From: a virus
Taxonomy: Duplodnaviria; Caudoviricetes
Strand: one strand, 5' to 3'
Virus record (IMG/VR): IMGVR_UViG_3300021060_000040
Coordinates: 54,227 to 118,226 of that record
Length of the DNA stretch: 64,000 bases
Shown: positions 21,048-29,941 of the stretch, in pieces
Position numbering within the stretch: the stretch's first letter is position 1
Layout of the letters: each line of letters starts with the position of its first letter
Position numbers and translations under genes: made by a program
Notes under the pieces: generated by a model
The model's input: the letters and a program-made list of their open reading frames with translations, nothing else
The model's database searches: none
What the model was told of the DNA's origin: nothing

Positions 21048-21449
21048 ATGATCGTCATCGTCTGCGGCGGCCGAGACTACCTGGATCGCAACACCGTCTT
21101 CGCCGAGCTCGACCGGATCGACGAGTGGCTGATGATCAGCTGCCTCGTTGAAGGTGGCCAGCGCACCTTCGACCGGGACACCGGCAAATGCATCGGCGGC
21201 GCCGACTATCACGCCAACCGCTGGGCCTACAGCCGGAACATTCCCTGCAGCACGGTGAGGGCGGATTGGATGCGCTGGGGCGCGGCCGCCGGCAACATCC
21301 GCAACCAGCGCATGCTCGATCTCTGGAAGCCGGAGCGCGTGATCAGCTTCCCCGGCAAGAACGGCACGGCCGATATGATCGAACGGGCCGGACTAGCCGG
21401 TGTGAAGGTGATCCGCGCCGGCGTCCGCCTGGTGCCGGCCGTCGCGTAG
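21048..21449 (+). CDS. DUF2493/YspA-like SLOG protein
   Basis: IVCGGRDY...GGAD...ADW...G.AAG.IRN..M...FPG..GTADM. Confidence 0.85.
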   Translation: MIVIVCGGRDYLDRNTVFAELDRIDEWLMISCLVEGGQRTFDRDTGKCIGGADYHANRWAYSRNIPCSTVRADWMRWGAAAGNIRNQRMLDLWKPERVISFPGKNGTADMIERAGLAGVKVIRAGVRLVPAVA

Positions 21450-21451
21450 GC

Positions 21452-21856
21452 TTACGGGACCAAGCCGGCCTCGAACTTCTTGTACCAAGCGTCGACTGGG
21501 CCCCAGTGAATCCCCATGCGGAAGGCGGCCTGGTTGGGGATCGTCTTTTTCTGCCAAAGCGCGAACAGGAAGCGTTGCCCCTTAGGCGTGAGGTGCCGGT
21601 TCTTACCCTTGGTCCATTCTGGATCGATGTAGTTGTCGTCCTCAGGCTCCTGCTGCTCGTCCTGAGCCTGTTCGGGCTTCGGGTCGGAGTTCGGCTGCGG
21701 CTCGCTGCCACCAAACATCGCCGCGAACGCCGCCTTCACCCCATCCATCTGGCCGGGAAGCGGAGCATCGCCATCGATCATCGCCAAGCCCATGCCAATC
21801 ATGACGTGGCCGGCCCGAATGAGCGCGATGGCGTCGTTGAACTGCGTCTGAGACAT
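21452..21856 (-). CDS. Hypothetical protein with possible C-terminal HTH
   Basis: LTPKGQRFLFALW......AAFRMGI....V..W; lone - strand gene. Confidence 0.5.
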   Translation of the reverse strand: MSQTQFNDAIALIRAGHVMIGMGLAMIDGDAPLPGQMDGVKAAFAAMFGGSEPQPNSDPKPEQAQDEQQEPEDDNYIDPEWTKGKNRHLTPKGQRFLFALWQKKTIPNQAAFRMGIHWGPVDAWYKKFEAGLVP

Positions 21857-21955
21857 AAGGCTTCTCCGTGTCACGTCCGATGAGAGAAGCTAGATCCTTA
21901 CACTGAGGAGCGCAAGGGAAATCAGAGGATACGGAGGATACGCCGCTTGCCACGC

Positions 21956-21990
21956 TTGCGCATTTGCGCTATTGCAAGCGTAAAGCAAAC
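21956..21990 (+). promoter_or_regulatory. TTGC-repeat motif copy
   Basis: TTGCGCAT TTGCGCTA TTGCAAGC-N5-GCAAAC; 22 nt identical to the 1588 copy. Confidence 0.7.
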
Positions 21991-22051
21991 GAGGCCGCAG
22001 GATGGGCTGGGATATCGAAGTGCAGGGCGATCGCCACACCGGGGACCACCC

Positions 22052-22273
22052 GTGACGCTCGAGATCTGGAGCTACACGACCCTGTCGTGCCCGGACACCG
22101 TCTGGGACGAGCTGAACCGGCAGCGGGCGCAGTTTCTGCTGCTGATCGACCGGGAGATGCCGGCCGGGCTCAAGCTCTCGCGCCGCTCGCGCCGCCGCTG
22201 GCGGGGCAGGGGAGGGGTCTGGGCCTACGATCCCGAAATCCGTGAACTCGGCGAGAAGGCCGGCCTTCTGTGA
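22052..22273 (+). CDS. Hypothetical protein
   Basis: GGGGA RBS, GTG start, GTGA overlap. Confidence 0.5.
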   Translation: MTLEIWSYTTLSCPDTVWDELNRQRAQFLLLIDREMPAGLKLSRRSRRRWRGRGGVWAYDPEIRELGEKAGLL

Positions 22274-22869
22274 TCGCGGACAACGACAACACACCGTTCA
22301 GCGAGCTGACGGGCAGCTGGTACGACATGATCATGGCCGACCCACCATGGCTGTTCAAACTGAGGTCCGAAAAGAACCTGCTGAAGTCGCCGCAGGGCAA
22401 GTATCGCTGCATGCCGCTGCCGGAGATCAAGCGGCTGCCGGTCGCGGATCTCGCGGCTCGGGACAGCCTGCTCTGGCTCTGGACCACCAACCCGATGATC
22501 GACCAGGGCCTCGAGGTCCTGAAGCACTGGGGATTCACGTTCAAGACCGCCGGCCACTGGGCGAAGATCACGAAGACCGGCAAGCAGTCCTTCGGGCCGG
22601 GCTACATCCTGCGGTGCGCCGGCGAGCCGTTCCTGATCGGCACCCGCGGCAAGCCGAAGGCCACCAAGGCGGTCCGCTCCGTCATCCTGGGCCTCATCCG
22701 AGAGCACTCGCGCAAGCCCGAGGAGGCGTACCGCGAGGCTGAGAAGCTGATGCCCGACGCGCGACGGCTCGACCTCTTCACCAGGCAGACCCGCCAGGGT
22801 TGGACACCCTGGGGCGACGAGGCGACCAAGTTCGACGCACCCACCCTTCCATTTGCAGCAGCAGCATGA
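22270..22869 (+). CDS. MT-A70-family N6-adenine methyltransferase
   Basis: ADPPW, LWLWTT, W.K, G.GY..R...E, REHSRKPE, DLF.R. Confidence 0.9.
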   Translation: MIADNDNTPFSELTGSWYDMIMADPPWLFKLRSEKNLLKSPQGKYRCMPLPEIKRLPVADLAARDSLLWLWTTNPMIDQGLEVLKHWGFTFKTAGHWAKITKTGKQSFGPGYILRCAGEPFLIGTRGKPKATKAVRSVILGLIREHSRKPEEAYREAEKLMPDARRLDLFTRQTRQGWTPWGDEATKFDAPTLPFAAAA

Positions 22870-23894
22870 AGACGATCGTCCGAACATTGTTCGGCTCGCA
22901 CCTGTACGGCACGTCCACTCCAGACTCCGATACCGACTACAAGTCCGTCCACCTCCCGCGCGGCCGTGACGTCCTGCTCCACAAGACGAAGCCGGTCATC
23001 TCGATCAGGACGAAAATCGATAACAGGGCGAAGAATACCGCTCAGGACATCGACGACGAGTCGTTCACCCTTCACAAATACTTCGACCAGCTCCAAGAGG
23101 GCGATATCGTCGCCCTTGATATGCTCTTCGCCACCGAGAAATCGTTGGTGCTCAAAACCCCGGAATGGGAGGCGATCCAGGCCGTGCGGCCGCGACTGCT
23201 TCACCGGAGCCCGAAGGGCGCCATCGGCTACATGAAGCGGCAGGTCGCGAAGTACGGTGTGAAGGGCTCCCGGGTCGCCACGACGCGAGCCGCGCTCGGG
23301 CAGCTCAATGCCTGGATCGGCACCTATGGGTCACAAGCCAAGCTGTCGTTCTTCGAGGACGACGTCCGCACCTTCGCCGCGGCCCATGAACATTCATCGG
23401 TCATCGGGATCCAGCAGGTCGATGGCTCTCAGCTGCCGCACTGGGAGGTCTGCGACCGCAAGCTGCCGCTGACGGTCAGCCTGAAGGAGTGTCAGAACGT
23501 CCTCACCCGGTTGTTCGAGAATTACGGCGACCGGGCGTTGAGAGCCGAAAAAAACCAGGGCGTCGATTGGAAGGCGGTCAGCCACGCGGTGCGGGCTGGC
23601 TACCAAACGATCGAGCTCTTGAACTACGGCAACATCACCTTCCCGCGCCCTGAGGCCGACTACATCCTCAAGGTGAAGCGCGGCTTGCTCGATTACACAG
23701 ACGTCCAGCACGAGCTCGAATGGCTCCTCGATGGTGTCGAGCAGGCCTCCGCGACTTCGCCCCTCCCCGAATCCGTCGACCGCGATCTGATGAACAGCAT
23801 CGTGCTCGACCTCTACGAGAACCAGGTCCTCGACAGCCCTGGCTCCAACTCCGACTGGTGGCCCGGCCACCTTGCCGAAAGGGCGGCCGCATGA
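22866..23894 (+). CDS. Pol-beta-superfamily nucleotidyltransferase
   Basis: FGSHLYGT.TP.SDTDYK; C-terminal DWKA.SHAVR...I.FPRP. Confidence 0.85.
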   Translation: MKTIVRTLFGSHLYGTSTPDSDTDYKSVHLPRGRDVLLHKTKPVISIRTKIDNRAKNTAQDIDDESFTLHKYFDQLQEGDIVALDMLFATEKSLVLKTPEWEAIQAVRPRLLHRSPKGAIGYMKRQVAKYGVKGSRVATTRAALGQLNAWIGTYGSQAKLSFFEDDVRTFAAAHEHSSVIGIQQVDGSQLPHWEVCDRKLPLTVSLKECQNVLTRLFENYGDRALRAEKNQGVDWKAVSHAVRAGYQTIELLNYGNITFPRPEADYILKVKRGLLDYTDVQHELEWLLDGVEQASATSPLPESVDRDLMNSIVLDLYENQVLDSPGSNSDWWPGHLAERAAA

Positions 23895-24463
23895 ACGACA
23901 ATGACCCCAGGATCCGGCGCATCGTCGGGCCGACCATCAAGATCTTCGGCGGAAGCTACTACGACTTCCTCGACCCCGAGAGCTCCCGATACACGATCGA
24001 GGATGTCGCGCACGCGCTGTCGCAGATCTGCCGGTTCAACGGGCACACCGATCGGTTCTATTCTGTGGCGCAGCACAGCGTGCTGGCGAGCTTCCATGTC
24101 GCGCCGGGCTACGAATACGACGCGCTGATGCACGACGCCCCGGAATTCGTGGTCGGCGACGTGACCTCGCCGCTGGGCAGTCTGCTGCCCGACTACAAGG
24201 CGCTCAAGAAGCTGCACGAGACCGCGGTGTGTCGGCGCTTCGGCGTGACCTACCCATTCCCGGAGGCGGTCCACGAGATCGACATCCGGATGCTGCGCAC
24301 CGAGCAGGAGCAGCTGATGGATGCGGCCAACGACGATTGGGGGATCACCCACGGCGTCGAGCCGATCCCGGTCAGGCTGGCACCCTGGTCGCCGGCCGAA
24401 GCCAAGGACCGGTTCCTCGACCGCTACCACCAACTCCGCGCAGCCGCGGTGCTCGCCGCGTGA
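23891..24463 (+). CDS. HD-domain phosphohydrolase (YfbR/YfdR-like)
   Basis: AHALS..CRF.GH...FYSVAQHS...LMHDA.E...GD. Confidence 0.88.
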   Translation: MNDNDPRIRRIVGPTIKIFGGSYYDFLDPESSRYTIEDVAHALSQICRFNGHTDRFYSVAQHSVLASFHVAPGYEYDALMHDAPEFVVGDVTSPLGSLLPDYKALKKLHETAVCRRFGVTYPFPEAVHEIDIRMLRTEQEQLMDAANDDWGITHGVEPIPVRLAPWSPAEAKDRFLDRYHQLRAAAVLAA

Positions 24464-24465
24464 GC

Positions 24466-24732
24466 ATGGACCTGGTCAACGCCGCCTTCGAGCTTGGCGG
24501 CACGCTGCTGATGGTGCCGACGCTCATGCGGTCCTGGCGCCTCCGCGAGGTCCGCGGCGTCCACCTGTCCACGCCCCTGTTCTTCTGGGGCTGGGGCCTC
24601 TGGAACATCCTCTACTACCCGGCGCTCGGGCAGTCCTGGTCGTTCGCCGCCGGCTGCCTCCTCGCCCTCACCAACACGCTCTGGATCGGCACGGTCTGGG
24701 CGCTCACTCCGAAGGAGAGATCGGACGCATGA
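24466..24732 (+). CDS. Three-TM PQ-loop/SemiSWEET-like membrane protein
   Basis: 88 aa with three hydrophobic helices; ...P...R.W...EVRGVH...W..YY pattern. Confidence 0.55.
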   Translation: MDLVNAAFELGGTLLMVPTLMRSWRLREVRGVHLSTPLFFWGWGLWNILYYPALGQSWSFAAGCLLALTNTLWIGTVWALTPKERSDA

Positions 24733-26384
24733 AATCGAACCTGGCAACCGCCTACGACAACTGGTGGAACGAGCATCCGGACCCGGTGTTCGACGCCGCC
24801 GCCGCGGCGATGGAGCGGCACTTCCACGACGTCGTCGCGCGCTTCGACAAGAAGCTGTTCCTCGTCGACATCGGCGCGAGCAATCTGTTCGAGATCTACC
24901 TCAACAGCTTCCCGGCCGCCGACCGACAGTACCACAACTGCAATACCTGCAAGGGCTTCATCCGTAAGTACGGGCGCCTGGTCGCCGTCGATCCGGCCGG
25001 CCAGCTGGTCTCGGCGTGCTGGCCCGACAGCGATGCGGTGCCTCAGCTCTACCGGCCGGCCTTCGCTGCCATGCGCGCCGCGGTCCTGTCGGGCAAGATC
25101 GACCGGCAGTTCCTGTCCAGCCAGGATGAATGGGGCAAGCACGAGCTCGGCGGATGGAGCCACTTCGCGCTCTACCCGCCGCAGTCGATCCGCTACGACA
25201 AGAAGCCGGGCCTCAATGCCAACCAGGCCATGGCGCTGGCCAAGCAGAACTACGGCACGTTGAGCCACGGGCTCGCCGACTACCCGCGCGAGATCGTCGC
25301 CCAGGCGGTGAACCTCCTGCAGGCCGACGCGCTCTACCGGGCCGAGAAGGTGCTCGGGCCGGCGCAGTTCCTGCTGCAACTGCACGACGACATCGCGGCA
25401 GCCGGCCGTGACAGCCGCGCCCGGTCGAACCTGATCTGGCGGGCGGTCGTCAACGCGCCAAAGGGCTTCTGCACCCCGCGCGGCTCCATGGTCGGCACGC
25501 TGATGGACGACATCAAGGCCGGCAAGTCGGTGGACATGGTCGCCCGGGGCTTCGCCGCCAAGATGAATCCGAACCGCTATCAGCGCCCGACCGCGGCGCC
25601 GGCGGCCGGCAACATCCTCCAAGCCGAGAAGATCGTGGCCGAGCTGGGGATCGCCAACTCCCTGCGTCGGCGCTTCGCCCGACTCGAGGACCTCGATGCC
25701 CTGTGGCTGCCGAAGCCGCTCAACGACAACACGCCGGAGCCGGCCCTGTCGGTGTTCGCCGGCCTGATGCCGAAGAAGACCACCCCCAAGACCCCGGACC
25801 TCGAGGCACCCGTCCAGGCGATCACCTTCGAGAAATTCCGCCGGACGGTCCTGCCGAACGCCCTGCGGATCCAAGCCTACATGGAGAGCCAGATCTCGGG
25901 CATCGCGCTGCTGACCGCGGCCGACCCCGATGCGCCGCCGATCATCCAGTGGGACCTCCCGGAGCGCCGCAACCCGCTCTCTTGGTACGTCTACCCGACC
26001 CGCCTCGGCATCGCCGACGTTCCGTCGCGGTGGAACCTGCAAACCGGCACCTGGGTCGAGGTGAACGCGATCACCCTGCAGCCGTCGCTCTGGCGTGACG
26101 AGGAGGGCTTTGCCCATCAGGGCAAGAGCGCGATCCTGGTGCTCGCTGGCGCCCGAGACACGCACCCGACCGGCGGCAACGGGTTGTTCCCGGAGATCCT
26201 GAAGTCGGAGCTCCACCAAGTACGTGCCACGATCGAGGCGCATGCCCGCCGGACACCGGCCGAGGGGCAGATGCTGGCCACGGCCTGCGGCGTCCGGGTC
26301 GCCGGCGGTGGCACCCGCTCGCAAACGGTTTCGGTGACCACAGCGCTCGGCCGGGCGCGCTACCGCATCGACCGCTGGGACTAG
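24729..26384 (+). CDS. Large hypothetical phage protein with HxCxxC
   Basis: 551 aa; RQYHNCNTC; ATGA coupling. Confidence 0.75.
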   Translation: MKSNLATAYDNWWNEHPDPVFDAAAAAMERHFHDVVARFDKKLFLVDIGASNLFEIYLNSFPAADRQYHNCNTCKGFIRKYGRLVAVDPAGQLVSACWPDSDAVPQLYRPAFAAMRAAVLSGKIDRQFLSSQDEWGKHELGGWSHFALYPPQSIRYDKKPGLNANQAMALAKQNYGTLSHGLADYPREIVAQAVNLLQADALYRAEKVLGPAQFLLQLHDDIAAAGRDSRARSNLIWRAVVNAPKGFCTPRGSMVGTLMDDIKAGKSVDMVARGFAAKMNPNRYQRPTAAPAAGNILQAEKIVAELGIANSLRRRFARLEDLDALWLPKPLNDNTPEPALSVFAGLMPKKTTPKTPDLEAPVQAITFEKFRRTVLPNALRIQAYMESQISGIALLTAADPDAPPIIQWDLPERRNPLSWYVYPTRLGIADVPSRWNLQTGTWVEVNAITLQPSLWRDEEGFAHQGKSAILVLAGARDTHPTGGNGLFPEILKSELHQVRATIEAHARRTPAEGQMLATACGVRVAGGGTRSQTVSVTTALGRARYRIDRWD

Positions 26385-26386
26385 CG

Positions 26387-26605
26387 GTGTCGGCCGAGCA
26401 ACAGCAGGCGGAGGCGGCGAGAGCCGCCCTCGTCCAGGCGCTCCGCGCCGGCCGGGATACCTTCCAGATGCCGATCTTCCCGGGCGGATTCAGCAACGAG
26501 CTCGCCCAGGCGATTGAGCTGGTGGTCGAGGCTCGGATCGCCGTGCGCGAGCGCGAGATCCTCGCGCACCTGGATCGGATCTTCCCAGAAGAGGCAGCAT
26601 GCTGA
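26387..26605 (+). CDS. Hypothetical protein
   Basis: Packed ORF. Confidence 0.5.
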   Translation: MSAEQQQAEAARAALVQALRAGRDTFQMPIFPGGFSNELAQAIELVVEARIAVREREILAHLDRIFPEEAAC

Positions 26606-26874
26606 CGTGGACCAAGGTGCTGCCCGCCAAGGGCAAGAAGGAAGACGACCTTGAGCGCTGGGACGGGAGGCTCGGGTCGGTTCACTGTGCGCTGCTGACC
26701 AAGCTGGCGGCCTACACGCAACCCGAGTGCTGGCGCGTGATGGTCTGGCTGCACTGGAAGGACGCCAAGACGCTGTTTGGCCAAAGCCGGGAGGACGCCA
26801 TGACATTGGCCGACGCGGCGATCGCCGGCGAGCTTGAGGCGATGGGCCTGCAGCGCAAGCCCGCCGATGGGTGA
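26599..26874 (+). CDS. Hypothetical protein
   Basis: GAGG RBS; overlaps neighbours. Confidence 0.55.
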   Translation: MLTWTKVLPAKGKKEDDLERWDGRLGSVHCALLTKLAAYTQPECWRVMVWLHWKDAKTLFGQSREDAMTLADAAIAGELEAMGLQRKPADG

Positions 26875-27148
26875 GGTCCACGACTTCGAGCGCTTCTACG
26901 CGGCCAAATGCGCTGATCTCGGCCTGAAGGTCTCGCCCGACAGCGCGCTGGAGCTGATCGGCCAGATGCAGGGCGAGTACGTCCGGCAATTTCAGGTTCG
27001 CTGGGCGATCAACATGGAGCTTGCCGACGGCATCTTCCGGCCGGCCGCCGCGGCCGACGCCGAGAAGCTCAGGCAGCTGAGAGAGACGGACGAGCGCACC
27101 CGGATGTTCGATCCGCGAGTGCTGGGGGAGATGGTACAGGGACGATGA
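26867..27148 (+). CDS. Hypothetical protein
   Basis: Packed ORF. Confidence 0.5.
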   Translation: MGEVHDFERFYAAKCADLGLKVSPDSALELIGQMQGEYVRQFQVRWAINMELADGIFRPAAAADAEKLRQLRETDERTRMFDPRVLGEMVQGR

Positions 27149-27231
27149 GCGGACAGAAGATCATCACCGGGCTGGAGGAGGCGCTTGCCTACCTGACGCC
27201 GCACCCGCAGACGATGGCGCAGGCGGCGTGA
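27145..27231 (+). CDS. 28-aa peptide
   Basis: MSGQKIITGLEEALAYL...QAA; ATGA and GTGA overlaps on both sides. Confidence 0.45.
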   Translation: MSGQKIITGLEEALAYLTPHPQTMAQAA

Positions 27232-27434
27232 TGATCGGGCTTCAGGAGCGGATCGAGCTGATCAAGTCTCGGATCGAGAAAGCGCTCGGCATGCTCAACG
27301 TCCATTCCTACTCGGTCCTGATCGACGGGGAGGTCTGGCGCGCTTCCATCATGCGCAGCGAAGATGGGAAGCCGCTGACGGGCGTTGGCACGACGGCCGA
27401 TGCCGCGATCGACGCCGCTCTTGCGAATGCCTGA
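27228..27434 (+). CDS. Hypothetical protein
   Basis: Coupled ORF. Confidence 0.5.
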   Translation: MMIGLQERIELIKSRIEKALGMLNVHSYSVLIDGEVWRASIMRSEDGKPLTGVGTTADAAIDAALANA

Positions 27435-27494
27435 CGCTGCGGAGCATCACCCATTCCACCGCTGGTCCTAAACAAGCACTGCTGCGATCCCGAG

Positions 27495-27791
27495 GTGGAC
27501 GCCGTCTTCATCGGCCGCGGCAGCAAATGGGGCAATCCGTACAGGATCGGCCGCGACGGCGACCGCACCACCGTGATCGCGAAGCACGAGGCGTGGCTGC
27601 GCGATCAGCACCATCTCCTGCGCGATCTGAGCGAGCTGCGCGGCCGGCACCTCGTATGCTTCTGCGCTCCAGGGCCGTGCCACGGCGATACGCTCCTTCG
27701 GTTGGCAAACGGAACGCGCGCTGAGCTCGTCGCGTGGTGGCGAGGCGCAGATAAAACCGCTACGTGTTTCTCGGCATGCGCTTCAATCTAG
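27495..27791 (+). CDS. DUF4326 protein (start possibly damaged)
   Basis: IGRGSKWGNPY...L.G..L.CFCAP.PCHGD; the in-frame VLNKH motif lies upstream of the first start codon. Confidence 0.8.
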   Translation: MDAVFIGRGSKWGNPYRIGRDGDRTTVIAKHEAWLRDQHHLLRDLSELRGRHLVCFCAPGPCHGDTLLRLANGTRAELVAWWRGADKTATCFSACASI

Positions 27792-28631
27792 CCACGGGCC
27801 TTGGATGATTTTTTTGAGTCCCTCTTCGTCATCGCGCCTCTCGCTATGAATGAAGACGTAATTATGCTCCTCAATGCTTCCGAGCGGTTTGTAGCCATAG
27901 TCTTCTAAAATTGCCTGACAATCCTTACGCTCATGCGGAAACAGCTCGACGTACAAAACTGGCTTACAGTTGGTAAGAGTGGCGGGTGCGCCTTTCAGCA
28001 TTGCGAGGGTGTGGCACTCAACATCGATCTTAACAAAATCGACCTTCTTTATTTTGAAGGAGTCCAGCGTCCGGACAGGGACGGCGCCCTTTGCATCCTT
28101 GCGGGCAAGGACAGTCGCCTGCATGCGGTTATGGGGTTGGGAAACGGGATCGCCAGAGCCGTTCTCCGCCCCAAGCGCACAGGCATAAGCAATGACTCTT
28201 TTCCCGAGACTGTTGATGCGGATATTTTCCTTCAATATCGCAAACGTCTCCGGGATCGGCTCGAACGCTTTGATCGAAGCAGCACCCGAGATACATCCCC
28301 AAAAAACGGTGTGGTTTCCGACATTGGCGCCAATGTCGAGCACATGCCTTCCGGAAACAAATGTCGAAAGCAGCTCAAGCGTCTCCTGATCCCAAAATTT
28401 TTCGTTATAAAGCTGGTATGATTGGATGTGATCCATGTATCCTTTCGGAACATGGAAACTGATAGGAATCGTTCCCTTATAGTAAAAGGAAATGTTTTTG
28501 CTCGGTCCGAGCTGCAGCAGCTTCAGTTGTTTAATTTGATCGACAGAATAGTTGTGGGTCCATTCGATGAACGGCGAGATGTGCCGGATCAACTGGATTA
28601 ATTGATCCAGTTTCTCTTCAACATTGCTCAT
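27783..28631 (-). CDS. FkbM-family methyltransferase (AT-richer cargo gene)
   Basis: LDIGANVGNH, FEP, ALG, TLD, DFVKIDVE. Confidence 0.9.
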   Translation of the reverse strand: MSNVEEKLDQLIQLIRHISPFIEWTHNYSVDQIKQLKLLQLGPSKNISFYYKGTIPISFHVPKGYMDHIQSYQLYNEKFWDQETLELLSTFVSGRHVLDIGANVGNHTVFWGCISGAASIKAFEPIPETFAILKENIRINSLGKRVIAYACALGAENGSGDPVSQPHNRMQATVLARKDAKGAVPVRTLDSFKIKKVDFVKIDVECHTLAMLKGAPATLTNCKPVLYVELFPHERKDCQAILEDYGYKPLGSIEEHNYVFIHSERRDDEEGLKKIIQGPWLD

Positions 28632-28984
28632 GCCTAACGCCCGATCCGCACGCATAGTTAAGTCAATTGGCTTTATCAGCGACAGCCGTCGTTGTTAATG
28701 CTAAACAAACTCTTCCGTCGCTAAGCAGACGGCTACTAACAGACCGCAATTCGGCAGGCAAGAATGGCCAATTTCGCTGTTACGATCGCGATTGGTATGA
28801 TATAACCGAGCAGTTATAAAGCTTCAGACATATCAGATCGATCATCGAGTGACGGTTAGATTAGAGAATGCTTGAAGAAATAGTTTTCGAAAGCAACATT
28901 GAGGCCGAAGATCGTTGGGATTGCAGCCGATCACCGGAGCTGAAAGAGCTTCTGTATATGTCCTAGCTGAAGCAGAATGGCTTC

Positions 28985-29248
28985 TTGCGTCCGAAACCGC
29001 TTCTGGGAAGGCCTGGCTGGTGGGCGGCTATCATGCCGCTCATGTTCCACTACTCGATCCAGGGCGGTCGCATCGGCGACATGACCTCGATCGAGATCCG
29101 CTACTGCTACACGGACAATCTCGCCGAGGTCTCGGAGGCGTTCGAGGCTTGGGACGGCACCGGCGATCCTCAATGGTGGCAGATCGACAAGATGACCGGC
29201 CGGCGTCGCTGGGGCGGCAATCCGGAATTGGAGTACCACGAATGGTGA
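28985..29248 (+). CDS. Hypothetical phage protein (possibly 5'-truncated)
   Basis: RYCY...W.G.GDP..W pattern. Confidence 0.45.
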   Translation: MRPKPLLGRPGWWAAIMPLMFHYSIQGGRIGDMTSIEIRYCYTDNLAEVSEAFEAWDGTGDPQWWQIDKMTGRRRWGGNPELEYHEW

Positions 29249-29484
29249 CCAGCCAGGTGGAGTTCTGGTGGATCCACAGCCCTGAGGTCGAGTCGTGGGC
29301 CGGTCTCCGGATCGCGACATTCTTCGACATCGACGAGATGCCGTTCTTCATGATCCACAACGAGCCCATGGACCGGATGGGGCCGCGGGATTGGGCGGCG
29401 ATCAGCAAGCGCGAGGGCTGGCGCAAGGTCGAGCAAATCCCGCTGCCGGCCGGATTTAAGCACAGAGCACCGAGCGATGCGTGA
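29242..29484 (+). CDS. Hypothetical protein
   Basis: GGAG RBS; overlaps neighbours. Confidence 0.5.
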   Translation: MVTSQVEFWWIHSPEVESWAGLRIATFFDIDEMPFFMIHNEPMDRMGPRDWAAISKREGWRKVEQIPLPAGFKHRAPSDA

Positions 29485-29901
29485 GATCGACGAGGACAAG
29501 CAGGTCGTGCGCCGGCTGCTGCCGATGGTGCCGGCCGAGGCCCAGAAGGTTGGATCCCAGCATGCCGCCTGGGACCTGATCTTCGACGCGGAAGCGCTGC
29601 TCGCCGGCCGGCCGGCCGACCCTGTTGCAGTTCGAGTCCCGCGCCAAGGCGATGGAGGTGTTCCGCGGCATGCTGGAAAACAGCGCGCCGCGGGGTGTCG
29701 GATACGCCAGCGTGGAGTGACGAGGAAAACGATGATCGAGTGGAAGGATGTCCAGGTCGACCTCCAGCCAAGGACCGCCTTATTCTGGCGACGTCCGGCT
29801 GGGCATGGCGCCGAGAGGACATGCATACCGAGGCGAAGCTCATCAGGCGGACCGGGGCAGTCCTGCTAGACGGCGAGGTGCCGCGTCGGGGCCGCTTCTG
29901 A
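29477..29901 (+). pseudogene. Possibly frameshifted small genes
   Basis: Coding-like sense appears to switch frame at (GCCG)4 near 29603-29618. Confidence 0.3.
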
Positions 29902-29941
29902 CCGGAACGCATTGTCCCAGGTCAGGATATTGTCCTAGTCC

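Noticed and set aside
7140-24463. Z-genome (2-aminoadenine) pathway suggested by the MazG-like and HD genes
   Set aside because: No PurZ in the window; both families are common in ordinary phages
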